DNA of 64,000 bases, from contig CATNEN010000007.1 of assembly GCA_950097015.1 (NCBI GenBank), positions 3,844,001 through 3,908,000 on the forward strand, given 5' to 3'. Every line of letters starts with the position of its first letter. Position 1 is the stretch's first letter. The notes under the pieces are model-generated. The model was given only the letters and a program-made list of their open reading frames with translations, had not been told where the DNA came from and did not search any database. Positions 23,730-38,200 of the stretch are shown in pieces. The translations under genes and the position numbers were made by a program. This stretch comes from Macrostomum hystrix (lineage: Eukaryota > Animalia > Platyhelminthes).

Positions 23730-25885
23730 TCAGTCTGGGTTTAGGTCGGTGAATTCCACGACCCTCTGGATGCCGATGCGGCGGAACAGCACGGGGGAGA
23801 CGTAGATGACGCTGAATGCCACCAGGCTGTAGGTGGCAAACTTGTAAGGCAGCTCCACCTTCAACAGCTGGGCGCTCTTGGCATTGGTGAAGTCCAGGCC
23901 GTACAGTCTGCACAGGCCTCGATAAGTGATGAACTTGGCAGCGCTGCGCATAGCAATGAGCACTGTGCCGCCAAGGGCCATGCGCATTGCTGAGCTACCG
24001 AAGAACTCCAGGTCTGGCGGAAACTTCACCGAATAAGGCGGCTGGTGCCTGGGCCGGTCGTACAGGTTGTGATGATAGGCCAGCCAGGCGCCCAGGTACA
24101 CACCGCCCAGTGCGGCCAGCGTTGTGGTGGCGTCACCCCTAGCGGTGCTCCAGCGCTGCACAGACGGATAGATCAGGCAGAACAGCAGCAGGACGGAGGG
24201 CAGCACCCAGCCAGTGTTGGGGCTGGTCAGGGCCAGGCAGTCCAGCCGGTCCAGGAACGGGTAGAGACCGATTAGGAAGGCCACGCCTAGCAGGGCGCCA
24301 GCGATCACATCCTGACGAGGTGTGAGATGGGATCATTGTGTGAGATGGGATCATTGTGTGAGATGGGATCATTGTGTGAGATGGGGTCATTGTGTGAGAT
24401 GGGATCATTGTGTGAGATAGGATCATAAGTGGTCTCAGATGAGATGGTGGTGTGTCAGATGAAACCGTGGTGTGTCAGATGAGATGGTGGTGTGTCAGAT
24501 GAGATGGTGGTGTGTCAGATGAGATGGTGGTGTGTCAGACGAGATAGTGGTGTGTCAGACGAGATGATGGTGTGTCAGATGAGATAGTGGTGTGTCAGAC
24601 GAGATGATGGTGTGTCAGATGAGATGGTGGTGTGTCAGACGAGATGGTGGTGTGTCAGATGAGATGGTGGTGTGTCAGACGAGATAGTGGTGTGTCAGAC
24701 GAGATGATGGTGTGTCAGATGAGATGGTGGTGTGTCAGACGAGATGATGGTGTGTCAGACGAGATGATGGTGTGTCAGATAAGATTGTGGTGTGTCAGAC
24801 GAGATGGTGGTGAGTCAGATGAGATGGTGGTGTGCCAGGTTCAGAAGGTAGTGACGCGGTGTCGGAGGCAGATTAGATTGTGAGTCAGTCAAAGGTGTCA
24901 GATGAGCAGTCTTGTCCCATGTCTGGGAGGCGGATCGCACTGATATTCGCACTTACCAGGAAGCTGTGCATGCCCAGGTAGACGCGGCTGAGGCACACCA
25001 GCATTGACCAGCAGAGGCAGACTGTGAATCCCAGGCCCCAGGAGTACTGTGGGAATAAGGGGACAAATTTAATTATAAACAGTTAAATAGTAGGTCTAAC
25101 ACAGCTAATTATTGAACACTCACAAGGTACCGCTCCTGCGTTAAAAAGAACAGAGCAAACGGAATGGCCACAGCGATGGTGGCGTGGGTGGACGGGAAGC
25201 CGTACTCCAGCTCGTATCGCTTCTCCAGCTTGGCCACTGGCGGGCTGGCCGGCCTTGGAATCTGCATGATCTCCTTCAGCGCCTGGCCGACCCACATAGC
25301 CGTAGCCCAGACGATAAGCACCCGCCTGCCAACGTATCCATCGATGTTCCAAAACCAGTACGGAAAGAAGGTCAGGTAGAATTCCTCATTGCCGAGTGCC
25401 GCGCCAAATAGAAACAGATTGTGCAGCAGGCGGCTGCGAATGCGGTACTGCACGTGGTTCTGCATCGTACTGTCAATGAGGCGCGACTCCACAGAGGCCG
25501 TCGAGGCGGTCGCACCGCCGGACCGCAGTCTAACTGCCGCGGCGCTGGCAACATCCAAGTGGGTCCGGGCGCCGAAACCGGAGTCCTCGCTGTCGCGATC
25601 GGACAGCGACGAAGAGCTCAGGGAGATCTCATCGGCGCCAGGAGCCGAGGAGCCTTCGCGTTCGAGTAGCGGCGAAAGATTCACGCCGCTCTCTCCGCCA
25701 GCATGGCCGTTGGCATGCCCGTTGCTATGGCCGTTGCTATGGCCGAGGAATTCAACTCCGCAAGCGGCCTGGAAGCTGGCAACAAGGCCAGGGCTGTGCA
25801 GCCAGTACACTGTGGCTAGCAGGCTGGAGATCGGGTCCCGCCTGCTGCCGCCGCAGCCGCTGTTGTTACCATTTTGACGGGTCAT
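23730..25885 (-). CDS. SGPP1: Sphingosine-1-phosphate phosphatase (PAP2 superfamily), 477 aa; exons 25124..25885, 24957..25046, 23730..24311
   Basis: PAP2 motifs C1 KEIMQIPRP, C2 YGFPSTH and C3 SRVYLGMHSFLDVIAG, plus the SGPP-type LGNEEFYLTFFPYWFWNIDGYVGRR segment. GT-AG phase-0 junctions. SGPP1 versus SGPP2 orthology cannot be resolved. Confidence 0.92.
24320..24838. repeat. Two adjacent intronic minisatellites: 18 bp (GTGTGAGATGGGATCATT) at 24320-24422 and 20 bp (GTGTGTCAGATGAGATGGTG) at ~24430-24838
   Basis: Direct periodicity; together they fill SGPP intron 2. Confidence 0.95.
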
Positions 25886-26987
25886 ACGAACCGGTCCTGC
25901 AAGCAATGAGTCAGTTAGAGCTGAGGCTGAGCACACCAGAGCTAAGATCGGACAGTTCCAATGGAATAATACGAGTGCTCAGAACACTCGTGAACAGAAA
26001 TTGTAAAGAGGGCTGGTGCAGCAAACACCTTCGCTATAAATAAAGAATATCAAAGAATACCACCCCATCGGGACCGACCCAGAAACATCAGCAGCCCTTG
26101 AAGAAGAATGCGCAACACGGCGCTAAAAGGGGGGTAGGCTAGGTAGATAAAGAGTGCAAATGAGCAAAGGGCTACCAGACAATACCAGGGTCATTCCCAA
26201 AGCCCACAGCTGGCGGGTGGGGGCGGAGAGAGGGCAGGCAGAGAGGCGCGCACAAAGTCGCGGCATTCGGCAGGTTAGAATGCGAGTCTGTTGTAGCAGA
26301 GTATGTGGGGCTTCATTTAAATTATTATCTAGCCATAAACTCTGAACCAGCCGGTCATGTACTCAGCTCGAAGGCGCTACTAAAGCTCAAAAGAGACAGA
26401 GAGAGAGAGAGAGAGAAATATTTGCTCGCCAGAGCTCTAGTTTACTAATAAGAAGGGCAAGATAAGGACCGGATAAGACAGAGTTGCATTTATGCGAAAT
26501 TATTTCACAGTGGGGACAGCCTGCTGTGCTAAGCGGCTGGTGCTCAGACAGGCTTTTAGTGAAACTCGGGGCTAGGGGGTGAGTAGACCTACTAATTAAC
26601 ATTTCGAATGATTTGCGAAATACGATTTTTATATGCCGAGTGACTGTACTATACAAGGTATAGTTTTTTTTCATAATTCATGATACCGTTTTGTAATGCT
26701 ATAGGAAAATTAATTTTTAACTCAAGGCGCTTAGAAATTTGTTTCAAAAGTGTTGTCAAACGCCGTCAGTGACTTTCCAAGATGCTCAGACAGGCTTTGT
26801 TACTTCAACTGGCTGAGTCTACCTCTCAGAGCTTCATGAGCGTGATTTGATTGACTATTGTGTATATTGCCAGCTGATGCCACCTCTTGAGTTTCAGAAG
26901 CTACGCCAAGGTGAAGGCCAGTAGACACCGAAGGCTGGGCATGTGCCCAACAAGTCGATTAAATTTTAACGATTGGCAAAGCTGTAC

Positions 26988-27715
26988 GATTACCCCGGTA
27001 ACGAATTGGCCGACAGCCTCGCCAAGGCCGGTTCGACGGGTTCGCTTTTTGGCCCCGTGCCTGTGGTCTCCACCCTACCGCCGTCGTCAACACTCGGATT
27101 AACCAGTGGGTGGCCTCAAAGCACAAGGACAGGTGGATCAATACCGCCGATTATGAGCCGTCTCGCGCTGCTGTCCCTTGTCCCTCTACTGCCCTTCGCA
27201 AAGCCTTGCTTGGACTTAACCGCAGGGACATCAGGGCAGTCACAATGGCCCTCTCTGGCCATGGCTGTTTCGCCAGGCACCGCTTCCTGCAAGGCAAAAT
27301 CCGCAGTGAGGAGTGCCCTTTCTGCCTCTCCTACGTTGATGATGCAGAGCATTTTTTTGCGACTGCCCCGCCTTCACTTAGGACAGGCTTACCTATCTCG
27401 GCCCAAACCCGGATCTCTCCGACATTTTCAGGCCTGAGAACATCTGCAAGCTCGTCCGTTACCTTAGGGCCACCGGGCGAGCGACTCTCCACCTCCTGGA
27501 CTATTTGGAGGAGGACCGCGCTGTGGACGCCGGCATCACCGGATCCCCCTGCGCGACACCGCAGCTTTAGTTGCCCGTGGTCGCCAGGGGCTAGCGGAAT
27601 GGGCGGCCTCCCGCTGCATCCGTAGGATGCCCCCTGCAGCTAAGTCAATAGGTCAAGCTGTACCATTGTGGTGCAATGTTAATTGGCTAACAAAAGCGTA
27701 CTGAATTTAAATTTA
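26988..27715 (+). mobile_element. Degraded 5'-truncated non-LTR retrotransposon (RNase H C-terminus plus CCHC knuckle; R1/LOA/I-group-like)
   Basis: [14 protein letters not shown] (RNase H GNExADxLAK motif), then in a shifted frame [25 protein letters not shown]...[15 protein letters not shown]. Contains frameshifts. Confidence 0.8.
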
Positions 27716-28189
27716 AGCCCTTATGAAGGATGTGAACATTCTGTCATGACCATAGAATAGATCTTGACTTTCTAAATAGGTGGCGACTTGATTATTGTTT
27801 CAGAAGGTGTGCAGAATTTTTTTACAACTTTATTTATGTGTTACTCCATTCAGACAAAGCAAAAATTATAATGGTACTTCTAGCTCCTGATAAACACATC
27901 ATAATCTATTTGGAAAATTTTTGAAATTGTTCATTATGCTAAGAATACTAATAATAAATGAGAAAGCAAAACAGCCAACTAAAAAGATAATGCAAGTCTA
28001 TCAGTTTAAATAAAATAAGGAAATAAATATGTTCATGAAGACTTTAGGACCTGGTATCTTATGATTAAATTACACAACAATTAAATAGTTTGGCTAATAA
28101 AATAAATAACCAAAATAACAATCATATTACACCTGCCCCAATTGGGCCAGATGTGCAGCTAACAGCACAGCCACAACTATTGCATGGTA

Positions 28190-28370
28190 CATCTGATGGC
28201 TGTGTACAGTTGTTCAGTCCATGGACTAGGGTGATGCCACACACCCTCAATTACTCGAGCTGATGTTGGTACCCATTTAACAACTACATGAACTGAAGCA
28301 ATGCAGAGTTGAGTGTCTTGCTAAAGGACACAAATTTTTTCCAGTGGAATCAGGAATCTTGACTTGGTCT
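28190..28370 (-). mobile_element. SINE family 1 copy, head degraded
   Basis: Reverse complement matches 4008-4135 (TGTGTCCTTTAGCAAGACACTCAACTCTGCATTGCTTCAGTTC...AAATGGGTACC...GTCCATGGACTGAAC). Confidence 0.8.
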
Positions 28371-31300
28371 TGTAAAAGTTTTTTTTGCTATTAGGCACTT
28401 AGCTACCAATCTTAAAATAGGCAAAACATAGTTGCTAAATGTTTATTTTACTATGGGAGTGTCCCAAAAGTCTGTACACTTATAGTGCTGTACACTGAGC
28501 TGATCTTGACAAAAAGGGTGCAAAAGTTCAGCAAAAACTTTTTTCAAGCAACACAGGTGTTCACAAGTGATTCCCTTTGATTACATGATCTGCCAAATAA
28601 AGAATGTTGTTTTCACCATAGACAATCGAGATGAAAGAAATGTGACCCCAAAGTGCACAACTCAGTAATAGGACATTACTGAGGTTCCACACATCTTGTT
28701 GGAAACTGGCTATGAGATATGCTAGAATTATCCAACATACAAAATACATATGTCACTTTTGGCATAAATCAGGCATAGAGTATATTTTTGGAATAGGCCC
28801 TATATTCATCTGTGCTGATTGGGAAAATCAATGTTTTTTGCTATTTCAGGAGATAATGAGCTACCTTTGTCAATACAACTGCCTACTGAATACTTAAGAT
28901 AGCTTGCTAGCATTAGTTTCGAAAATTTTATTTAAGCTAGCATGCATTTTCTATTTGCTAGGCCTAACAGATATAGATCTGGAAATTACCTGGCATAGTA
29001 CACATGTAGTACTAGCTACACTGAGAACAATTCACAATAGTGGGGCCCATTAAATATACATAGATATAGCTATAAGCAATGTATCATAATATTTAAAGTT
29101 AGCTAATAAAAAAAATTAAGATCCTGCTCCCATTTAAAAGAAAATGAGACAAAAATGTAACAAGTATAGAAATAGAAATTTAGATTTTCCCTCTAAAAGT
29201 ACACTTATAGTGAAAGCTAGAGCATCTTTCTCTTAGTCCTAAAAAGCCATCATGTAGTGCACGCCACCAGTGTGCATTTGTTTTCAGCTGGCGTGTATGA
29301 CATGTATGGCATTGGTATATATTTTAATGGTTGGCGTACACTTTGGCGTGCAAGGAGTGCATGGCATGCATGGCAATGGTGTAGCGTGCAATCGTACATT
29401 GCATTTAAAAAGAGATCAAATATGTGTTTCATGTATCTGTATGTACAATTACAAATATCAACCAATTATTAAATTGACTTTGCATGACTAAAACAAAATG
29501 TTCTCTTATCTGTAGATTTTTAAGTAATTCCGACTATAAATACTATAAATAAATAAATTGTTCTGTTTGATATTGCTTTTCGTTAAATACAAAAATGGAT
29601 GCCAGTTTGTCTCATTAAAAGCAAAAAATGTGTTGTATGTCTTTTATATACAAATTATATGATTACCACATTGGTGTGCACTGGTGTGCAATTTGAAAAA
29701 ACGGTGCATCCTTGGCATGCAAACAATTTTTCACAATTTTTCTTCTGGTGTGCAGCGAACATGATCCAGACTATGGCTAAAAAAGATTAAGACAGTCTTA
29801 AAATGAAAACTCTAAGTTAGCATAACATAGCTATGGCCAAATTAGTTAAACAAATGCTTGGCAATCCTCTAGCTTTGCAGTATAATTATTATATGAAGGA
29901 TAAAGACATTTTCAATTTTAATGAGTAAGTAATTAAATGTGTACACATTTTGAATAATGTGGTAATATATGCCATATGGATGTCTATGTGAAAATACTTG
30001 CACTTGCCATGGGGGTAGAATGATATGGCAGTGAGTGGCTATCAGGCTATGTCTATGGTGAAGACATATAAGAAAGCAATAAAAAGGGGGGAGGGACAGG
30101 AAGGGTTAGATGATTCTTGTGTCATTAGCAATCTTGGCTGGACATCCTAGACTGGCTAGAGCACAAAAAACAATCATTCCTGTTGTGAATCTACAACCGG
30201 CTACAGATCTATGCAACTTAAACCCCTCAAATAAGCTCAATGAGTGCAATCACAGCATCATATAAATTGATGATCTGCTGGTGCCTGCCGGATCAATACC
30301 CATTTGGACAAGTTAGGCCCTACTATGGCATTACTGCCACCTACGCAGCACATTTGGCTTTGGCAACATCCTTTTCTGTGTCGCATACTACTATGCCATG
30401 AGTGTACCACTATGATATTTGAGTGGTTTATTGGTTGTCTTTAGTTTGTTACTTATTAAAAGGTAGAAAAAAGATTATCTTTAGAAAAAATGTGCAAAAC
30501 TAGAGGATTGACAAATGCTTACACTTGCTAAGCTAAATTAATCACCAATTAGCAAGCTTGGCAGCCTAGGCTTAGTGTAAGTGTAAGCATAAACCTTAAC
30601 AAAAAGACTTGATTTTTTAGGTAGGCCTTGTTAGGGCTTATGCAAAAACTGAATGCATGCATCCACAAATACATTGTCTTTGAGAATAAGCCAGATTTTT
30701 TGCTTTTTTTGTGTAGTTATAGTGTAGTAAATTATATAGTATATACATTTTGTATGCAGGATATACCAGTATTGATCATAGTAAATTATCTACGACAAAA
30801 TGCTACCCAAATGCCAATGATGTTTATACTTTTGTGCTACAAAAGTATTAGGCCAATGCTTAATGATTCCAAATCATTTAGATTACTTTCACTAATTTAT
30901 GAAACCTCATCGTTACTGTCAACATAGAAGAACTAGCTTTTTGATAATGCAACTCATAAAGTGCACTTGATTTATAGTAATATTCATATATTCAAAACTT
31001 GTGTTATGTTATTCTTTCGCTTACAGTGAACGTGAATATTAAATAAAAAGGGAAGAAACAACAAGTCATAATATAAACATAGGCATGCTAATATTTAAAA
31101 CAAATGGGTTTGCATTTCGGAATTTTTTATAGCCAGTCGAGCTGCATTTCTCGTTACGAAAGCTTTTTTAATGCATGAAATTAAGTTTCACACAATCGGT
31201 GCATTATCAGCTAAGTGGTCCTGAAGTTAGCTTCCGAGAATATCCAAAAGTGCGTCCATAGTGACTAGCGTCGTAATTCGGTCGTAATTCAGAAATTTCC

Positions 31301-31489
31301 CCTGCCTACTCATAGCAGATTAAAAACAAGAGAGAATCGAATTGACACCTTAACACAGTTGCGTAAGATTCATGGCCAGTTGCACAGCGCAATGACAAAA
31401 CAGCAGTTATTTTGAATGCTATAATTCGTGCAGCTGTTTTTTCGATGCATGATATAACTAACAGTGGTCATTGCCGCGGCACGCTCGTA

Positions 31490-31625
31490 CCCACCCAAGT
31501 TTTAACCTAGCGAATGTTGATACCCATTTGACAGCTGAGTGAACTGAAGCTACCGGGGAGTCACCAATAAAAATGAATGTTCTTCCTTTAGGACAAAAAG
31601 TTTCTCTGGGATTGAATTCCGAACC
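31490..31625 (-). mobile_element. Diverged SINE family 1-related copy
   Basis: Reverse complement contains GCTTCAGTTCACTCAGCTGTCAAATGGGTATC, matching the family 1 core. Confidence 0.55.
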
Positions 31626-32298
31626 GACAGACTACAGACTGCCAATAGACGGTTTAACAAATTTTCCTTTAACAATCTCTAAACCAGAGCAACGCAAACC
31701 ACCATAGTTTAGTTGTCCTACTTTGATTTAAATACATATATCACAATTATTCGTTCATACTTCTTTTCGAATGTGCGGTCTCAGAAATGGTCATGCTGCA
31801 CTTATGTATGGCATGCTGTTTCCAGTAGTACGGAATAGAAGAAATATCTTACTCCAATGAAGTCGATGAATGGTCACTAAAACAAAAGTTTTCAGTTGCT
31901 ACCAGAGCAGGAGACAGAACTCTGCGCGTCAGTAAACAGTTTATTTAATAATTGTGCAAGCCTGCACAGGTGAGGTTAGCAGAGCAGTATCTTTTCTGTT
32001 AAGTAAAATATATTAGCTGCACTCGATCTCACTTTACCACTCTATTAGCGACGAATTCCGACCGCGAGGACCGAGATATTAAAACGGTTTAAATGACAAA
32101 ATTAGGCGCAATTGCGCGTCGGACAAATTAAACAACAGAATATTAACGGCGTCAACTAAGAACAGGCCGAATTTAGCAAATCAGCAGAGAATTCGTGCCC
32201 CAGGCAGACACCAAGCAAGCAGGCCACCAAGTTTAGTCATTGTCAGAAAACGAGCTCCAAAGCCAACAATGTCGGTAGGCAGTGCCGGACGCAGTCAG

Positions 32299-35200
32299 TC
32301 AGCAGTCGCCGGAGCCTTCGGTTGGGAAGCAGGCCCAACCGCTGCTGGCAGAGGGGGCGCCGGCCGCATCCCACAGCAGCTGCTCGCCCATCAGCATGCG
32401 CGCCACCGGATCGTCAACACTGCCAGGCGGTGCCACTAAGGTTGTCCCCATTGACAAAGCCGAAGTAGCTTCGGGCACATCGTCGAAGCCGACGTCGAAG
32501 CCGACGCCGAGACCGCCGCCCCAGAGGTTGCGATTGGAGGTGGTGGACTCGGACCAGGATATATCCAAAGCGCCGAGACCATCCGAGTACCACGGAAGCT
32601 GGACCGGCTGCTGCTGCTGCTGCCTCTGCGATAGCTCCTGCTGCATCTGAAGCTGCTGCTGCTCTTGCTCCTGCTTCTGCTGCTGCTCATGCAATTGCTT
32701 CCGGCGCAGCTCCTCATAAAAGAACAGTGACTCAGTCTTTTGCAAAGTCATCTTGGACAGTTCGCCAACGGCGGCTCCCGGATGCACCTGCTGCGGCGGC
32801 GGCTGCATCAGAGCATGCGGCGCCTGCGAGTACCACGGTCCAGCGTCTTTCGTCCAAGTCGATTGCAGCATTGGCTGAGGAGGCGGTGGTGGCGGCGGCG
32901 GTGGCGGAGGTGGCGGAGACGGAGAACCACCAGTGGAGGTGCCCCACAGTGGACTTCCCTTCTGCGGCAGCATGAACTGACTAGTGCGCCTGGCGATGTC
33001 GTCCAGATCTTCTGCAGAGAAAAGTTAACATTAGTTGCAATGCTACTAGCAGTACATAGGATGGTGTATAACGATACTAACTAAAAAAGGCATTTTCTGT
33101 AAAAAATTGATCAATCGTCATCTGAAGCTGAATGAATCAACAGGCTGAGCAAGCGGAGTGCTTGAAATTAGAAATTGCTGCTCGTTTAATTATTTTTAGT
33201 GTGGCTATACGAGAAGCGAATTTAGTGCTTAATTACAGCTTTAAAATTAGACAGAATCCGAAGTACAGAGCCAGAAGCTCAGATTTTTTTTCCAAGAAAT
33301 CACATGAAATCTTTGATCTCCAGCACCCTGCATCACTGGCCAGAGCCTTGGACACACAATCACACCTGAAACAAAGTATACCTTTGTATGCCCAGTCAAA
33401 GGGCACATCCCATTCAATTGCGCTCTTTAAATCTTCATCTGAATCGGTGTGAAAGTCGCTAAAGCCTAAGGTAAAGTAAAGTAGCAAAGTAAAAACACTT
33501 TAAAATCCATAATTATTCGAAAGCTACGAAAGTGATACAGGAAACTGCGCAGAACTAGAATGCATATATATATATATATGTATATATCACCTTTCTTAGG
33601 CTTCTGGTGTGTCATTGGCTTTACAATCGAAGTCTTAGGCTGTTTGTGCACCAGAGTGGGCTGCAGCGGAGCCTGGGCAGTAATTAGCGGAGCCTGCAGA
33701 TCGCTGGGCCGGACAACAGGATTCGGCGTGTTGGTAGCTCTGGAATTTTCGGATGGAAACTAATAGATTTAGTGCTTAGAAAATTCTATTTTAGTATTTT
33801 AACGGCAACAATTAGTAAAGCCGTTCAGTCTGACAACTACCGGCATTTCATTGCAAGTGAATACAAAACTTAAATTATACATTTTTCTATACATATCGGT
33901 AAATTTGATTATTAGGAAATTGTGGGTTGCGACAAATAATCCTTAAAAATAGAAAAAAAATTAAAATAATCATGAAAAAATAGGCCACTAAAGAAGAAAG
34001 TAGGTTGATAAAAAAACAATGCGTGCGCCGACCGGGATTCGAACCCGGGTCGCAAGCGTGGGAGGCTTACATGCTACCACTACACCATCGGCGCTGCCGT
34101 AAAAATAGAGTCAGCGCGAGTTTTATTCTTAACAGAGTTCAGCTTTTGAGGTTGGGATAGAACTCACGTGGTGCGACTCTTGACGCGCGCTGCGCCTCCG
34201 CCGGCGCTGCCGCTACCGCCGCCGCTGCGCCGACCTCTCGACGCCTTGGAATCTTCGTGACTGCCACCCAGCTCGGCGAATTTCGTGATTGACTCCGGGG
34301 CTGTAGCCTGCGAATGTGCAATGCTGGCAGGTCCACGAATCTTGCCCGGCTGCTGATGCTGCACTGCTGCCACGGAGGGAGTTACAGACAGGGGCGACTG
34401 CTGCTGCTGCCGCTGCGCTTCGCTGCTGCCCGCGTTGCTTCTCTGAATCAGAACAGTTATGACTTGATGAAGACCGTTGGGAGAATGGGCTAAAGGGATA
34501 ATGGGATGGATCTCGAGGGAAGTTTTTTGCATTTTGCACTGGACAGCTTCCGACTTTTTATTTAGTGGTCGAGAGTTCGAATCCCACCCAAAGGCGACAA
34601 TTCGTGTCCTTGAGCACGACACGTTACTCCCAATTGCTTCAGTTCAAAAAGCTGTAGTTACCAGCATTAGCTGGGGTAGAAAGTATGTGGCGGCATCTTC
34701 AGTCCTCGGACTGAAAAGTTGTACACAGCCTTAGGAAGCTCCAGGCGATAGCTGCGGCTGTGACACCGGCACCAACTGGACCAGGTCTGATGTCTATCTC
34801 TATCTATCTAGCTACCTATCTTGCTTGAGGATCTTGAGGGAAAATTGATATTGGGATCTTGAGGGAAAATAGATATTGGGATCTTGAGGGGAATTTATAT
34901 TGGGATCTTGAGGGAAAATAGATGTTGGGATCTTGAGGGAAAAATTGATATTAGGATCTTGAGGGAAGATTGATATTGGGATCTTGAGGGAAGATTGATA
35001 TTAGGATCTTGAGGGAAGATTGATATTAGGATCTTGAGGGAAAATTGATATTGGGATCTTGAGGGAAAATTGATATTGGGATCTTGAGGGAAAATTGATA
35101 TTGGGATCTTGAGGGAAAATAGATATTGGGATCTTGAGGGGAATTTATATTGGGATCTTGAGGGAAAATAGATGTTGGGATCTTGAGGGAAAAATTGATA

Positions 35201-38200
35201 TTAGGATCTTGAGGGAAGATTGATATTGGGATCTTGAGGGAAGATTGATATTAGGATCTTGAGGGAAGATTGATATTAGGATCTTGAGGGAAAATTGATA
35301 TTGGGATCTTGAGGGAAAATTGATATTGGGATCTTGAGGGGAATTTATATTGGGATCTTGAGGGAAGATTTATATTAGGATCTTGAGGGAAGATTGATAT
35401 TAGGATCTTCAGGGAAAAATTGATATTAGGATCTTGAGGGAAGATTGATATTGGGATCTTGAGGGAAAAATATATATTAGGATCTTGAGGGAAGATTGAT
35501 ATTAGGATCTTCAGGAAAAAAATTATATTAGGATCTTGAGGGAAGATTGATATTGGGATCATGAGGGAAGATTGATATTGGGATCATGAGGGAAGATTGA
35601 TATTGGGATCATGAGGGAAGATTGATGTTGGGATCATGAGGGAAAAATTTATATTAGGATCTTGAGGGAAGATTGATATTAGGATCTTCAGGGAAGATTG
35701 ATATTGGGATCTTAAGGGAAGATTGATATTGGGATCTTGAGGGAAGATTGATATTGGGATCTTGAGGGAAGATTGATATTGGGATCACAAGGGAAGCTTG
35801 ATTTTGGGATTTTAAGAGAAGCTTGCTATTGGGATCAAGATGGCAGCCGAAATCCCATAACGTACTTTATCCTCTGAGCTGCTAGACTCGGAAGCCAAAC
35901 TTCTGCCGTCCTCTTCCGGTGTGCAGGATCGTCGACTGTGCTTGCTAGACTGCTGCTGCTGCTGATCCTGCTGTTGCGGCTTTTTGTGTTGCTGCTGCTG
36001 ATTAACTTGCTGACTGTGCTGCTGCTTCTTGCCTCGCGCTTTGCCTGTGAGAGAATTAAAAATTGTTATAGTTCATAATCATCAAAGTCATAATTGCGAT
36101 GCGTTGTGTACCTAGACAGGCGGAGCTGGTGCAGAATAGGCAATGGGAGCTGGTGCAGAATAGGCAGTGGGAGCTGGTGCAGAATAGGCAGTGGGAGAGG
36201 CTGCTGAATAGGCAGTGGGAGCTGGTGCAGAATAGGCAGTGGGAGCTGGTGCAGAAAAGGCAGTGGGAGCTGGTGCAGAATAGGCAGTGGGAGCTGGTGC
36301 AGAATAGGCAGTGGGAGCTGGTGCAGAATAGGCAGTGGGAGCTGGTGCAGAATAGGCAGTGGGAGCTGGTGCAGAATAGGCAATGGGAGCTGGTGCAGAA
36401 TAGGCAGTGGGAGCTGGTGCAGAATAGGCAGTGGGAGCTGGTGCAGAATAGGCAGTGGGGGAGGCTGCTGAATAGACAGCGGGAGAGGCTGCTGAATAGA
36501 CAGTGGGAGAGGCTGCTGAATAGACAGTGGGAGAGGCTGCTGAATAGGCAGTGGGAGAGGCTGCTGAATAGACAGTGGGAGAGGCTGCTGAATAGGCAGT
36601 GGGAGAGGCTGCTGAATAGGCAGTGGGAGAGGCTGCAGAATAGGCAGTGGGAGAGGCTGCAGAATAGGCAGTGGGAGAGGCTGCTGAATAGGCAGTGGGG
36701 GAGGCTGCTGAATAGGCTGTGTGAGAGGGCTGCTAAACAGACAGGGTAAGCGGGCTGCTCGATAGACAGTGTGAGCGGACTGGATAGACACGGGGATCAA
36801 GAAGCCGAAAAAGCAAACCTTTTCCCATTCGCTGATTGGAGAAATCGATTGGCTCAAACTGCGGCGTTGGAATCAGCTGCGGATTCAAGTTTGTCAATGT
36901 GGCTGAAGCAGACGCAGCCGCCACCGCAGTCGCAGAGACGATAGTTGCAGTTGCCAAAGTAGCTGATGACGCACCCGAAGCTGTGGAAGCCGAGCGGGAC
37001 TCCTTGCTGCCTAGACTGACTGCCGGGGCAGACTCCTTAAGACGCTTAGCCCGCCGAGATTGCTGCTGCTGCTGATGGTGATGAGAGTGAGCCGATGAAG
37101 GCGATGATGCTGCTATCTGACTAGTCTGCTGCGCGTGATGCTGCTGCTGATTTGCCGCACCTGCAGCCAAAGTCGAGCTGCTATGGTGCACTGTGGAGGA
37201 AGCAGCGGCAGCGGCAGAAGTAGCTGTCTGGCCGCCTGTGGTCGAGGAAGTTAACGAAGAGTTTGACGCCGAACCGAACAGGCGACCCAGTAGGCCTGAG
37301 AAGACGCCGCCCCCGCTGCCGTCATCCACCGCGTCGTCAACCCTTGAATCGTGGCTGTGACTGTGAAACTGATACAGATGATGGCTATTGTTACAGCTGC
37401 TGCTATTGTTATTGTTAATGCTACTGCTGTTGACGGCAGACGCTAGAAGGCGCAGATCGAACGGAGCACCGCCGGAGGCGGCCGCAGCAGCCACAGCCGC
37501 CTGTCGGCACTGCAGGAAGGCGTCCAATGCTAGCAGGCGATCCGACTCGCAGAAGGCCGAGGCCAGAGCGCAGATGCCGCAGGCGACCATAGCCAGGGCT
37601 ACGGCAGTGTGCAGCTGGTGCTCCCAATCGGGTCTGGGCAGCCGGGCTGCACAGGCTGACAGCAGCTGGGTGGGCACGGCGGCCTGGAGCAGGACGCTGA
37701 GAGACGGTCCGGCATTAGGGCGCAGGGTGAGGAGCCGGGCAGTGCGGTGCAGACAATAGTCGGGCTGGAAGGTCACCTCGAGTCGGAGAGTCTCGTTGGG
37801 CTCCACAGTGACTGGCTGACAGCTGGACAATGAGAATCCGGCATCGGAGCAGGCTTTGTCCTGAGCACTCAATGCGGCGCCTTTGAATTCTTCTCCGACA
37901 CTGCCGCCAGGCTCGTCGTCTTCGTATTCGTCAGCGTCGCTGTCCTCTCCGATGCTGTAGCTTTGAATGCGCAGCGGCAGCGGGCCAGGATTGGTCAGGC
38001 TGAGCTGGCGCCTGATTGGACCGCAAGGCCGGCCGGCTCGTTCGGAGGCGTGGAACAACAGGCGTGGCTCCACCAGGCGCAGCCGAGGCTCGGCCGCCTC
38101 GCCCGTGACCAGCAGGACTTCCAGGGCAGTCAGGTTGTTGCGCAACAGGAAGACTGCAGAGTGGCGGCCAGGTCGATCGGGCCGGAAGGTCAGCCGGAAT

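Noticed and set aside
34700-34795. GC-rich patch as an extra TMEM131 exon
   Set aside because: No acceptor/donor pair keeps the phase, and the model already splices consistently from 35866 to 34442 without it.
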